64,000 bases of DNA from Eledone cirrhosa (lineage: Eukaryota). The notes under the pieces were generated by a model. It searched no databases. It was not told where the DNA came from and was given only the letters and a program-made list of their open reading frames with translations. The stretch is from positions 110,174,001 to 110,238,000 of the forward strand of contig OZ024744.1 of assembly GCA_964016885.1 (NCBI GenBank). Direction: 5' to 3'. The position numbers and the translations under genes are program-made. Below, one piece after another: positions 1-14,149 of this stretch (positions are counted from its first letter, which is position 1; every line of letters starts with the position of its first letter).

Positions 1-3000
1 CACTATAACTTACCTTGCTCTAAACACAGTAAAACTACATAATCCACTATAACTTACCTTGCCCTGAACACAGTAAAACTAACACAATCCACTATAACGT
101 ACCTTGCCCTGAACACAGTAAAACTACACGATCCACTTTAAATTACGTTTCCATGAACATACTAAAACTACACAATCTTCTTTAACTTACCTTGCCCTGA
201 ACACAGTAAAACTACACAATCCACTATAACTTACCTTGCTCTGAACACAGTAAAACTACACAATCCACTATAACTTACCTTGCGCTGAACACAGTAAAAC
301 TACACAACCCACTATAACTTACCTTGCCCTGAACACAGTAAAACTACACAATCCACTATAACTTACCTTGCCCTGAACACAGTAAAACTACACAATCCAC
401 TTCAACTTACCTTGCTCTGAACACAGTAAAACTACACAATCCACTATAACTTACCTTGCCCTGAACATACTAAAACTACACAATCCACTATAACTTACCT
501 TGCCCTGAACACAGTAAAACTACACAATCCACTATAACTTACCTTGTCCTGAACACACTAAAACTACACAATCCACTATAACTTACCTTGTCCTGAACAC
601 ACTAAAACTACACAATCCACTATAACTTAACTGGCCCTGAACACAGTAAAACTACACAATCCACTATAACTTAGCTTGCACTGAACACAGTAAAACTACA
701 CAATCCACTATAACTTACCTTGCTCTGAACACAGTAAAACTACACAATCCATTATAACTTACCTTGCTCTGAGCACAGTAAAACTACACAATCCACTATA
801 ACTTACCTTGCCCTGAACACAGTAAAATACGTAATCCACTATAACTTACCTTGCTCTGAACACAGTGAAACTACACAATCCACTATAACTTACCTTGCCC
901 TGAACACAGTGAAACTACGTAATCCACTATAACTTACCTTGCTCTGAACACAGTAAAACTACACAATCCACTATAACTTACCTTGCCCTGAACACAGTAA
1001 AATACGTAATCCACTATAACTTACCTTGCCCTGAACACAGTAAAACTACACAATCCACTATAACTTAACTGGCCCTGAACACAGTAAAACTACACAATCA
1101 CTATAGCTTACCTTGCCCTGAACACAGTAAAACTACACAATCCACTATAACTTAAATTGCCCTGAACTCAGTAAAACTACATAATCCACTGTAATTTACC
1201 TTGCCCTGAACACAGTAAAACTACACAACCCACTATAACATACCTTGCTCTGAACACAGTAAAACTACACAATCCACTATAACTTACCTTGCCCTGAACA
1301 CAGTAAAAGTACATAATCCACTATAACTTACCTTGCCATGAACACAGTATAACTTACCTTGCTCTGAACACAGTAAAACTACACAATCCACTATAAATTA
1401 CCTTGCTCTGAACACAGTAAAACTACATAATCCACTATAACTTACCTCGCCCTGAACACACTAAAACTACACAATCTTCTATAACTTACCTTGCCCTGAA
1501 CACAGTAAAACTACGCAATCCACTATAAATTACCTTGCTCTGAACACAGTAAAACTACACGATCCACTATAACTTACCTTGCCCTGAACACAGTAAAACT
1601 ACACAATCCACTATAAATTACCTTGTTCTGAACACAGTAAAACTACACAATCCACTATAATTTACCTTGCTCTGAAGAGAGTAAAACTACACAATCCACT
1701 ATAACTTAAATTGCCCTGAACTCAGTAAAACTACATAATCCACTGTAACTTACCTTGCCCTGAACACAGTATAACTTACCTTGCTCTGAACACAGTAAAA
1801 CTACACAATCCACTATAACTTACCTTGCCCTGAACACAGTAAAACTACGTAATCCACTATAACTTACCTTGCCCTGAACACAGTAAAACTACACAATCCA
1901 CTATAACTGCCCTTGCTCTGAACACAGTAAAACTACATAATCCACTATAACTTACTTTGCCCTGAACACAGTAAAACTACACAATCCACTATAATTTACC
2001 TTGCTCTGAACACAGTAAAACTACACAATCCACCATAACTTACCTTGCCCTGAACACAGTAAAAGAACACAATCTTCTATAACTTACCTTGCCCTGAATA
2101 CAGTAAAACTACACAATCCCCTATACCTTACCTTGCTCTGAACACAGTAAAACTACACAATCCACTATAACTTACCTTGCCCTGAACACAGTAAAACTAC
2201 ACAATCCACTATAACTTAAATTACCCTGAACTCAGTAAAACTACATAATCCACTGTAACTTACCTTGCCCTGAACACAGTAAAAGTACACAACCCACTAT
2301 AACTTACCTTGCTCTGAACACAGCAAAACTACACAATCCACTATAACTTACCTTGCCCTGAACACAGTAAAACTACACAATCCACTATAACTTACCTTGC
2401 CCTGAACACAGTAAAAGTACATAATCCACTATAACTTACCTTGCTCTGAACACAGTATAACTTACCTTGCTCTGAACACAGTAAAACTACACGATCCACT
2501 ATAACTTACCTTGCCCTGAACACAGTAAAACTACACAATCCACTATAAATTACCTTGCTCTGAAACAGTAAAACTACACAATCCACTATAACTTACCTTG
2601 CTCTGAAGACAGTAAAACTACACAATCCACTATAACTTAAATTGCCCTGAACTCAGTAAAACTACATAATCCACTGTAACTTACCTTGCCCTGAACACAG
2701 TAAAACTACATAATCCACTATAACTTAAATTGCCCTGAACTCAGTAAAACTACATAATCCACTGTAACTTACCTTGCCCTGAACACAGTAAAACTACACA
2801 ATCCACTATAACTTACCTTGCTCTGAAGACAGTAAAACTACACAATCCACTATAACTTAAATTGCCCTGAACTCAGTAAAACTACATAATCCACTGTAAC
2901 TTACCTTGCCCTGAACACAGTAAAACTACACAATCCACTATAACTTAAATTGCCCTGAACTCAGTAAAACTACATAATCCACTGTAACTTACCTTGCCCT

Positions 3001-5580
3001 GAACACAGTAAAACTACACAATCCACTATAACTTAAATTGCCCTGAACTCAGTAAAACTACATAATCCACTGTAACTTACCTTGCCCTGAACACAGTAAA
3101 ACTACACAATCCACTATAACTTAAATTGCCCTGAACTCAGTAAAACTACATAATCCACTATAACTTACCTTGCTCTGTACACAGTAAAACTACACAATCC
3201 AATTCAACTTACCTTGCTCTGAACACAGTAAAACTACACAATCCACTTTAACTTACCTTGCTCTGAACACAGTAAAACTACACAATCCACTATAAATTAC
3301 CTTGCCTTGAACACAGTAAAATTACACAATCCACTATAACTAAACTTGCCCCGAACACAGTAAAACTACACAATCCACTATAACTTACCTTGCTCTGAAC
3401 ACAGTAAAACTACACAATCCACTATAACTTACCTTGCCCTGAACACAGTAAAACTACGTAATCCACTATAACTTACCTTGCCCTGAACACAGTAAAACTA
3501 CACAATTCACTATAATTTACCTTGCCCTGAACACAGTAAAACTACACAATCCACTATAACTGACCTTGCTCTGAACACAGTAAAACTACATAATCCACTA
3601 TAACTTACCTTGCCCTGAACACAGTAAAACTACACAATCCACTATAACTTACCTTGCTCTGAACACAGTAAAACTACACAATCCACCATAACTTATCTTG
3701 CCCTGAACACAGTAAAAGAACACAATCTTCTATAACTTACCTTGCCCTGAATACAGTAAAACTACACAATCCCCTATACCTTACCTTGCTCTGAACAGAG
3801 TAAAACTACACAATCCACTATAACTTACCTTGCCCTGAACACAGTAAAACTACACAATCCACTATAACTTAAATTGCCCTGAACTCAGTAAAACTACATA
3901 ATCCACTGTAACTTACATTGCCCTGAACACAGTAAAAGTACACAACCCACTATAACTTACCTTGCTCTGAACACAGAAAAACTACACAATCCACTATAAC
4001 TTACCTTGCCCTGAACACAGTAAAAGTACATAATCCACTATAACTTACCTTGCTCTGAACACAGTATAACTTACCTTGCTCTGAACACAGTAAAACTACA
4101 CGATTTAATTTAACTTACCTTGCATTGAACACGGTAAAACTACACAATCCACTATAACTTACCTTGCTCTGAACACAGTAAAACTACATAATCCACTATA
4201 ACTTACCTTGCCCTGAACACAGTAAAACTAACACAATCCACTATAACGTACCTTGCCCTGAACACAGTAAAACTACACGATCCACTTTAAATTACGTTTC
4301 CATGAACATACTAAAACTACACAATCTTCTATAACTTACCTTGCCCTGAACACAGTAAAACTACACAATCCACTATAACTTACCTTGCTCTGAACACAGT
4401 AAAACTACACAATCCACTATAACTTACCTTGCGCTGAACACAGTAAAACTACACAACCCACTATAACTTACCTTGCCCTGAACACAGTAAAACTACACAA
4501 TCCACTATAACTTACCTTGCCCTGAACACAGTAAAACTACACAATCCACTTCAACTTACCTTGCTCTGAACACAGTAAAACTACACAATCCACTATAACT
4601 TACCTTGCCCTGAACATACTAAAACTACACAATCCACTATAACTTACCTTGCCCTGAACACAGTAAAACTACACAATCCACTATAACTTACCTTGTCCTG
4701 AACACACTAAAACTACACAATCCACTATAACTTACCTTGTCCTGAACACACTAAAACTACACAATCCACTATAACTTAACTGGCCCTGAACACAGTAAAA
4801 CTACACAATCCACTATAACTTAGCTTGCACTGAACACAGTAAAACTACACAATCCACTATAACTTACCTTGCTCTGAACACAGTAAAACTACACAATCCA
4901 CTATAACTTACCTTGCTCTGAGCACAGTAAAACTACACAATCCACTATAACTTACCTTGCTCTGAACACAGTAAAACTAAATAATCAACTATAACTTACC
5001 TTGCTCTGAACACAGTGAAACTACACAATCCACTATAACTTACCTTGCCCTGAACACAGTGAAACTACGTAATCCACTATAACTTACCTTGCTCTGAACA
5101 CAGTAAAACTACACAATCCACTATAACTTACCTTGCCCTGAACACAGTAAAATACGTAATCCACTATAACTTACCTTGCCCTGAACACAGTAAAACTACA
5201 CAATCCACTATAACTTAACTGGCCCTGAACACAGTAAAACTACACAATCACTATAGCTTACCTTGCCCTGAACACAGTAAAACTACACAATCCACTATAA
5301 CTTAAATTGCCCTGAACTCAGTAAAACTACATAATCCACTGTAATTTACCTTGCCCTGAACACAGTAAAACTACACAACCCACTATAACATACCTTGCTC
5401 TGAACACAGTAAAACTACACAATCCACTATAACTTACCTTGCCCTGAACACAGTAAAAGTACATAATCCACTATAACTTACCTTGCCATGAACACAGTAT
5501 AACTTACCTTGCTCTGAACACAGTAAAACTACACAATCCACTATAAATTACCTTGCTCTGAACACAGTAAAACTACACAA
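1..5580. repeat. Repeated block: 1-~1400 recurs at ~4150-5580 (offset 4149-4150 bp)
   Basis: Rare variants recur in the same order: AATTACGTTTCCATG at 141 and 4290, TGCGCTG at 281 and 4430, 26-bp monomer at 1341 and 5491. Confidence 0.85.
2630..3165. repeat. Local 88-bp dimeric higher-order repeat
   Basis: Variant TAAATTGCCCTGAACTCAG starts at 2638, 2726, 2858, 2946, 3034 and 3122 (spacings 88, 132, 88, 88, 88), alternating with a CACTGTAACT monomer. Confidence 0.9.
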
Positions 5581-8539
5581 TCCACTATAACTTACCTTGA
5601 CCTGAAGACAGTAAAACTACACAATCCACTATAAATTACCTTGCCTTGAACACAGTATAACTTACCTTGCTCTGAACACAGTAAAACTACACAATCCACT
5701 TTAACTTACCTTGCTCTGAACACAGTAAAACTACACAATCCACTATAAATTACCTTGCCTTGAACACAGTAAAATTACACAATCCACTATAACTAAACTT
5801 GCCCCGAACACAGTAAAACTACACAATCCACTATAACTTACCTTGCTCTGAACACAGTAAAACTACACAATACACTATAACTTACCTTGCCCTGAACACA
5901 GTAAAACTACGTAATCCACTATAACTTACCTTGCCTTGAACACAGTAAAACTACACAATCCACTATAATTTACCTTGCCCTGAACACAGTAAAACTACAC
6001 AATCCACTATAACTGACCTTGGTCTGAACACAGTAAAACTACACAATCCACTATAACTTACCTTGCTCTGAACACAGTAAAACTACACAATCCACTATAA
6101 CTTACCTTGCCCTGAACACAGTAAAACTACACAATCCACCATAACTTACCTTGCCCTGAACACAGTAAAAGAGCACAATCTTCTATAACTTACCTTGCCC
6201 TGAATACAGTAAAACTACACAATCCCCTATACCTTACCTTGCTCTGAACACAGTAAAACTACACAATCCACTATAACTTACCTTGCCCTGAACACAGTAA
6301 AACTACACAATCCACTATAACTTAAATTGCCCTGAACTCAGTAAAACTACATAATCCACTGTAACTTACCTTGCCCTGAACACAGTAAAAGTACACAACC
6401 CACTATAACTTACCTTGCTCTGAACACAGCAAAACTACACAATCCACTATAACTTACCTTGCCCTGAACACAGTAAAACTACACAATCCACTATAACTTA
6501 CCTTGCCCTGAACACAGTAAAAGTACATAATCCACTATAACTTACCTTGCTCTGAACACAGTATAACTTACCTTGCTCTGAACACAGTAAAACTACACGA
6601 TCCAATTTAACTTACCTTGCATTGAACACAGTAAAACTACACAATCCACTATAACTTACCTTGCTCTGAACACAGTAAAACTACATAATCCACTATAACT
6701 TACCTTGCCCTGAACACAGTAAAACTAACACAATCCACTATAACGTACCTTGCCCTGAACACAGTAAAACTACACAATCCACTATAACTTACCTTGCTCT
6801 GAACACAGTAAAACTACATAATCCACTATAACTTACCTTGCCCTGAACACAGTAAAACTACACAATCCACTATAACTTACCTTGCCCTGAACACAGTAAA
6901 ACTACACAATCCACTATAACTTACCTTGCCCTGAACACAGTAATACTACACAACCCACTATAACTTACCTTGCCCTGAACACAGTAAAACTACACAATCC
7001 ACTATAACTTACCTTGCCCTGAACACAGTAAAACTACACAATCCACTTCAACTTACCTTGCTCTGAACACAGTAAAACTACACAATCCACTATAACTTAC
7101 CTTGCCCTGAACATACTAAAACTACACAATCCACTATAACTTACCTTGCCCTGAACACAGTAAAACTACAAGATCCACTATAACTTACCTTGCTCTGAAC
7201 ACAGTAAAACTACACAATCCACTATAAATTACGTTGCCCTGAACACAGTAAGACTACACAATCTTCTATAACTTACCTTGCCCTGAACACAGTAAAACTA
7301 CACAATCCACTATAACTTAACTTGCCCTGAACACAGTAAAACTACACAATCCACTATAACTTACCTTGCCCTGAACACAGTAAAACTACATAATCCACTA
7401 TAACTTACCTTGCCCTGAACACAGTAAAACTACACAATCCACTATAACTTACCTTGCCCTGAACACAGTAAAACTAAACAATCCACTATAAATTACCTTG
7501 CCCTGAACACAGTAAAACTACACAATCCACTATAACTTACCTTGCCCTGAACACAGTAAAACTACACAATCCACTATAACTTGCCTTGCCCTGAACACTG
7601 TAAAACTACATAATCCACTATAACTTACCTTGCCCTGAAACAGTAAAACTACACAAACCACTATAACTTACCTTGCCCTGAACACAGGAAAACTACACAA
7701 TCCACTATAACTTACCTTGCCCTGAACACAGTAAAACTACACAATCCACTATAACTTACCTTGCCCTGAACACAGTAAAACTACACAATCCACTATAACT
7801 TACCTTGCCCTGAACACAGTAAAACTACACGATCCACTATAACTTACCTTGCCCTGAACACAGTAAAACTACACAATCCACTATAACTAACCTTGCTCTG
7901 AACACAGTAAAACTATACAATCCACCATAACTTACCTTGCCCTGAACACAGTAAAACTACACAATCCACTATAACTTACCTTGACCTGAACAGAGTAAAA
8001 CTACACAATCCACTATAACTTACCTTGCACTGGACACAGTAATACTACACAACCCACTATAACTTACGTTGCCCTGAACACACTAAAACTACACAATCCA
8101 CTATAACTTACCTTGCACTGGACACAGTAAAACTACACAACCCACTATAACTTACCTTGCTCTGAACACACTAAAACTACACAATCCACTATAACTTAAC
8201 TGGCCCTGAACACAGTAAAACTACACAATCCACCATAAATTACCTTGCCCTGAACAGAGTAAAACTACACAATCCACCATAACTTATCTTGACCTGAACA
8301 GAGTAAAACTACACAATCCACTATAACTTACCTTGACCTGAACAGAGTAAAACCGCACAATCCACTATAACTTACCTTGACCTGAACAGAGTAATACTAC
8401 ACAATCCACTATAACTTACCTTGACCTGAACCAAGTAAAACTACACAATCCACTATAACTTACCTTGCCCTGAACACAGTAAAACTACACAATCCACTAT
8501 AACTTACCTTGACCTGAACAGAGTAAAACTACACAATCC

Positions 8540-11500
8540 ACTATAACTTACCTTGCACTGAAAACAGTAAAACTACACAACCCACTATAACTTACCTTGC
8601 CCTGAACATAGTAAAAGAACGTAATCCACTATAACTTACCTTCCTTTGAACACAGTAAAACTACACAATCCACTATAATTTACCTTGCCCTGAACACAGT
8701 AAAACTACAAGATCCACTATAACTTACCTTGCTCTGAACACAGTAAAACTACATAATCCACTATAACTTACCTTGCCCTGAACACAGTAAAACTAACACA
8801 ATCCAATATAACTTACCTTGCCCTGAACACAGTAAAACTACACAATCCACTATAACTTACCTTGCCCTGAACACAGTAAAACTACACAATCCACTATAAA
8901 TTACGTTGCCCTGAACATACTAAAACTACACAATCTTCTATAACTTACCTTGCCCTGAACACAGTAAAACTACACAATCCACTATAACTTACCTTGCCCT
9001 GAACACAGTAAAACTACACAATCTTCTATAACTTTCCTTGCCCTGAACACAGTAAAACTACACAATCCACTATAACTTACCTTGCCCTGAACACAGTAAA
9101 ACTACACAATCCACTATAACTTACCTTGCCCTGAACACTGTAAAACTACATAATCCACTATCACTTACCTTGCCCTGAAACAGTAAAACTACACAAACCA
9201 CTATAACTTACCTTGCCCTGAACACAGTAAAACTACACAATCCACTATAACTTACCTTGCCCTGAACACAGTAAAACTACACAATCCACTATAACTTACC
9301 TTGCCCTGAACACAGTAAAACTACACAATCCACTATAACTAACCTTGCTCTGAACACAGTAAAACTACACAATCCACTATAACTTACCTTGCCCTGAACA
9401 CAGTAAAACTACACAATCCACTATAACTTACCTTGCCTGAACACACTAAAGCTACACAATCCACTATAACTTAACTGGCCCTGAACACAGTAAAACTACA
9501 CAATCCAGTATAACTTAGCTTGCACTGAACACAGTAAAACCACACAATCCACTATAACTTACCTTGCTCTGAACACAGTAAAACTACACAATCCACTATA
9601 ACTTACCTTGCTCTGAACACAGTGAAACTACACAATACACTATAACTTAACTGGCCCTTTACACAGTAAAACTACACAATCCACTATAACTTAGCTTCCT
9701 CTGAACACAGTAAAACTAAATAATCCACTATAACTTACCTTGCTCTGAAAACAGTGAAACTACACAATCCACTATAACTTACCTTGCCCTGAACACACTA
9801 AAACTACACAATCTTCTATAACTTACCTTGCCCTGAACACAGTAAAACTACACAATCCACTATAAATTACCTTGCTCTGAACACAGTAAAACTACACGAT
9901 CCACTATAACTTACCTTGCCCTGAACACAGTAAAACTACACAATCCACTATAAATTACCTTGCTCTGAACACAGTAAAACTACACAATCCACTACAACTT
10001 ACCTTGCCCTGAACACAGTAAAACTACACAATCCACTATAACTTACCTTGCTCTGAACACAGGAAACTACACAAACCAATTCAACTTACCTTGCTCTGAA
10101 CACAGTAAAACTACACAATCCACTTTAACTTACCTTGCTCTGAACACAGTAAAACTACACAATCCACTATAAATTACCTTGCCTTGAACACAGTAAAATT
10201 ACACAATCCACTATAACTAAACTTGCCCCGAACACAGTAAAACTACACAATCCACTATAACTTACCTTGCCCTGAACACAGTAAAACTACGTAATCCACT
10301 ATAACTTACCTTGCCCTGAACACAGTAAAACTACACAATCCACTATAATTTACCTTGCCCTGAACACAGTAAAACTACACAATCCACTATAACTGACCTT
10401 GGTCTGAACACAGTAAAACTACACAATCCACTATAACTTACCTTGCTTTGAACACAGTAAAACTACACAATCCACTATAACTTACCTTGCACTGAAAACA
10501 GTAAAACTACACAACCCACTATAACTTACCTTGCCCTGAACATAGTAAAAGAACGTAATCCACTATAACTTACCTTCCTTTGAACACAGTAAAACTACAC
10601 AATCCACTATAATTTACCTTGCCCTGAACACAGTAAAACTACAAGATCCACTATAACTTACCTTGCTCTGAACACAGTAAAACTACATAATCCACTATAA
10701 CTTACCTTGCCCTGAACACAGTAAAACTAACACAATCCAATATAACTTACCTTGCCCTGAACACAGTAAAACTACACAATCCACTATAACTTACCTTGCC
10801 CTGAACACAGTAAAACTACACAATCCACTATAAATTACGTTGCCCTGAACATACTAAAACTACACAATCTTCTATAACTTACCTTGCCCTGAACACAGTA
10901 AAACTACACAATCCACTATAACTTACCTTGCCCTGAACACAGTAAAACTACACAATCTTCTATAACTTTCCTTGCCCTGAACACAGTAAAACTACACAAT
11001 CCACTATAACTTACCTTGCCCTGAACACAGTAAAACTACACAATCCACTATAACTTACCTTGCCCTGAACACTGTAAAACTACATAATCCACTATAACTT
11101 ACCTTGCCCTGAAACAGTAAAACTACACAAACCACTATAACTTACCTTGCCCCGAACACAGTAAAACTACACAATCCACTATAACTTACCTTGCCCTGAA
11201 CACAGTAAAACTACACAATCCACTATAACTTACCTTGCCCTGAACACAGTAAAACTACACAATCCACTATAACTAACCTTGCTCTGAACACAGTAAAACT
11301 ACACAATCCACTATAACTTACCTTGCCCTGAACACAGTAAAACTACACAATCCACTATAACTTACCTTGCATGAACACACTAAAGCTACACAATCCACTA
11401 TAACTTAACTGGCCCTGAACACAGTAAAACTACACAATCCACTATAACTTAGCTTGCACTGAACACAGTAAAACTACACAATCCACTATAACTTACCTTG

Positions 11501-12410
11501 CTCTGAACACAGTAAAACTACACAATCCACTATAACTTACCTTGCTCTGAACACAGTGAAACTACACAATACACTATAACTTAACTGGCCCTTTACACAG
11601 TAAAACTACACAATCCACTATAACTTAGCTTCCTCTGAACACAGTAAAACTAAATAATCCACTATAACTTACCTTGCTCTGAAAACAGTGAAACTACACA
11701 ATCCACTATAACTTACCTTGCCCTGAACACACTAAAACTACACAATCTTCTATAACTTACCTTGCCCTGAACACAGTAAAACTACACAATCCACTATAAA
11801 TTACCTTGCTCTGAACACAGTAAAACTACACGATCCACTATAACTTACCTTGCCCTGAACACAGTAAAACTACACAATCCACTATAAATTACCTTGCTCT
11901 GAACACAGTAAAACTACACAATCCACTACAACTTACCTTGCCCTGAACACAGTAAAACTACACAATCCACTATAACTTACCTTGCTCTGAACACAGTAAA
12001 CTACACAAACCAATTCAACTTACCTTGCTCTGAACACAGTAAAACTACACAATCCACTTTAACTTACCTTGCTCTGAACACAGTAAAACTACACAATCCA
12101 CTATAAATTACCTTGCCTTGAACACAGTAAAATTACACAATCCACTATAACTAAACTTGCCCCGAACACAGTAAAACTACACAATCCACTATAACTTACC
12201 TTGCTCTGAACACAGTAAAACTACACAATCCACTATAACTTACCTTGCCCTGAACACAGTAAAACTACGTAATCCACTATAACTTACCTTGCCCTGAACA
12301 CAGTAAAACTACACAATCCACTATAATTTACCTTGCCCTGAACACAGTAAAACTACACAATCCACTATAACTGACCTTGGTCTGAACACAGTAAAACTAC
12401 ACAATCCACT
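8540..12410. repeat. Tandem duplication with 1934-bp unit (about 44 monomers)
   Basis: GTAAAAGAACG at 8611/10545, ATCCAATATA at 8801/10735, ACTTTCCTTG at 9031/10965, CTGGCCCTTT at 9651/11585, all at offset 1934. Confidence 0.9.
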
Positions 12411-14149
12411 ATAACTTACCTTGCTCTGAACACAGTAAAACTACACAATCCACTATAACTTACCTTGCCCTGAACACAGTAAAACTACACAATCCACTGT
12501 AACTTACCTTGCCCTGAACACAGTAAAAGTACACAATCTTCTATAACTTACCTTGCCCTGAATACAGTAAAACTACACAATCCCCTATACCTTACCTTGC
12601 TCTGAACAGAGTAAAACTACACAATCCACTATAACTTACCTTGCCCTGAACACAGTAAAACTACACAATCCACTATAACTTAAATTGCCCTGAACTCAGT
12701 AAAACTACATAATCCACTGTAACTTACCTTGCCCTGAACACAGTAAAAGTACACAACCCACTATAACTTACCTTGCTCTGAACACAGCAAAACTACACAA
12801 TCCACTATAACTTACCTTGCCCTGAACACAGTAAAACTACACAATCCACTATAACTTACCTTGCCCTGAACACAGTAAAAGTACATAATCCACTATAACT
12901 TAACTTGCTCTGAACACAGTATAACTTACCTTGCTCTGAACACAGTAAAACTACACGATCCAATTTAACTTACCTTGCATTGAACACAGTAAAACTACAC
13001 AATCCACTATAACTTACCTTGCTCTGAACACAGTAAAACTACATAATCCACTATAACTTACCTTGCCCTGAAACAGTAAAACTACACAAACCACTATAAC
13101 TTACCTTGCCCTGAACACAGTAAAACTACACAATCCACTATAACTTACCTTGCCGTGAACACAGTAAAACTACACAATCCACTATAACTTACCTTGCCTG
13201 AACACACTAAAGCTACACAATCCACTATAACTTAACTGGCCCTGAACACAGTAAAACTACACAATCCACTATAACTTAGCTTGCACTGAACACAGTAAAA
13301 CTACACAATCCACTATAACTTACCTTGCTCTGAACACAGTAAAACTACACAATCCACTATAACTTACCTTGCTCTGAACACAGTGAAACTACACAATCAA
13401 CTATAACTTAACTGGCCCTTTACACAGTAAAACTACACAATCCACTATAACTTAGCTTGCTCTTAACACAGTAAAACTAAATAATCCACTATAACTTACC
13501 TTGCTCTGAGAACAGTGAAACTACACAATCCACTATAACTTACCTTGCCCTGAACACACTAAAACTACACAATCTTCTATAACTTACCTTGCCCTGAACA
13601 CAGTAAAACTACACAATCCACTATAAATTACCTTGCTCTGAACACAGTAAAACTACACGATCCACTATAACTTACCTTGCCCTGAACACAGTAAAACTAC
13701 ACAATCCACTATAAATTACCTTGCTCTGAACACAGTAAAACTACACAATCCACTATAACTTACCTTGCCCTGAAGACAGTAAAACTACACAATCCACTAT
13801 AACTTACCTTGCTCTGAACACAGTAAACTACACAATCCAATTCAACTTACCTTGCTCTGAACACAGTAAAACTACACAATCCACTTTAACTTACCTTGCT
13901 CTGAACACAGTAAGACTACACAATCCACTATAAATTACCTTGCCTTGAACACAGTAAAATTACACAATCCACTATAACTAAACTTGCCCCGAACACAGTA
14001 AAACTACACAATCCACTATAACTTACTCTGCTCTGAACACAGTAAAACTACACAATCCACTATAACTTACCTTGCCCTGAACACAGTAAAACTACGTAAT
14101 CCACTATAACTTACCTTGCCCTGAACACAGTAAAACTACACAATCCACT

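Noticed and set aside
1391-1400. TATA box (TATAAA variants; TATAAC in consensus)
   Set aside because: It is a short AT-rich motif in a subset of monomers with no other promoter context.
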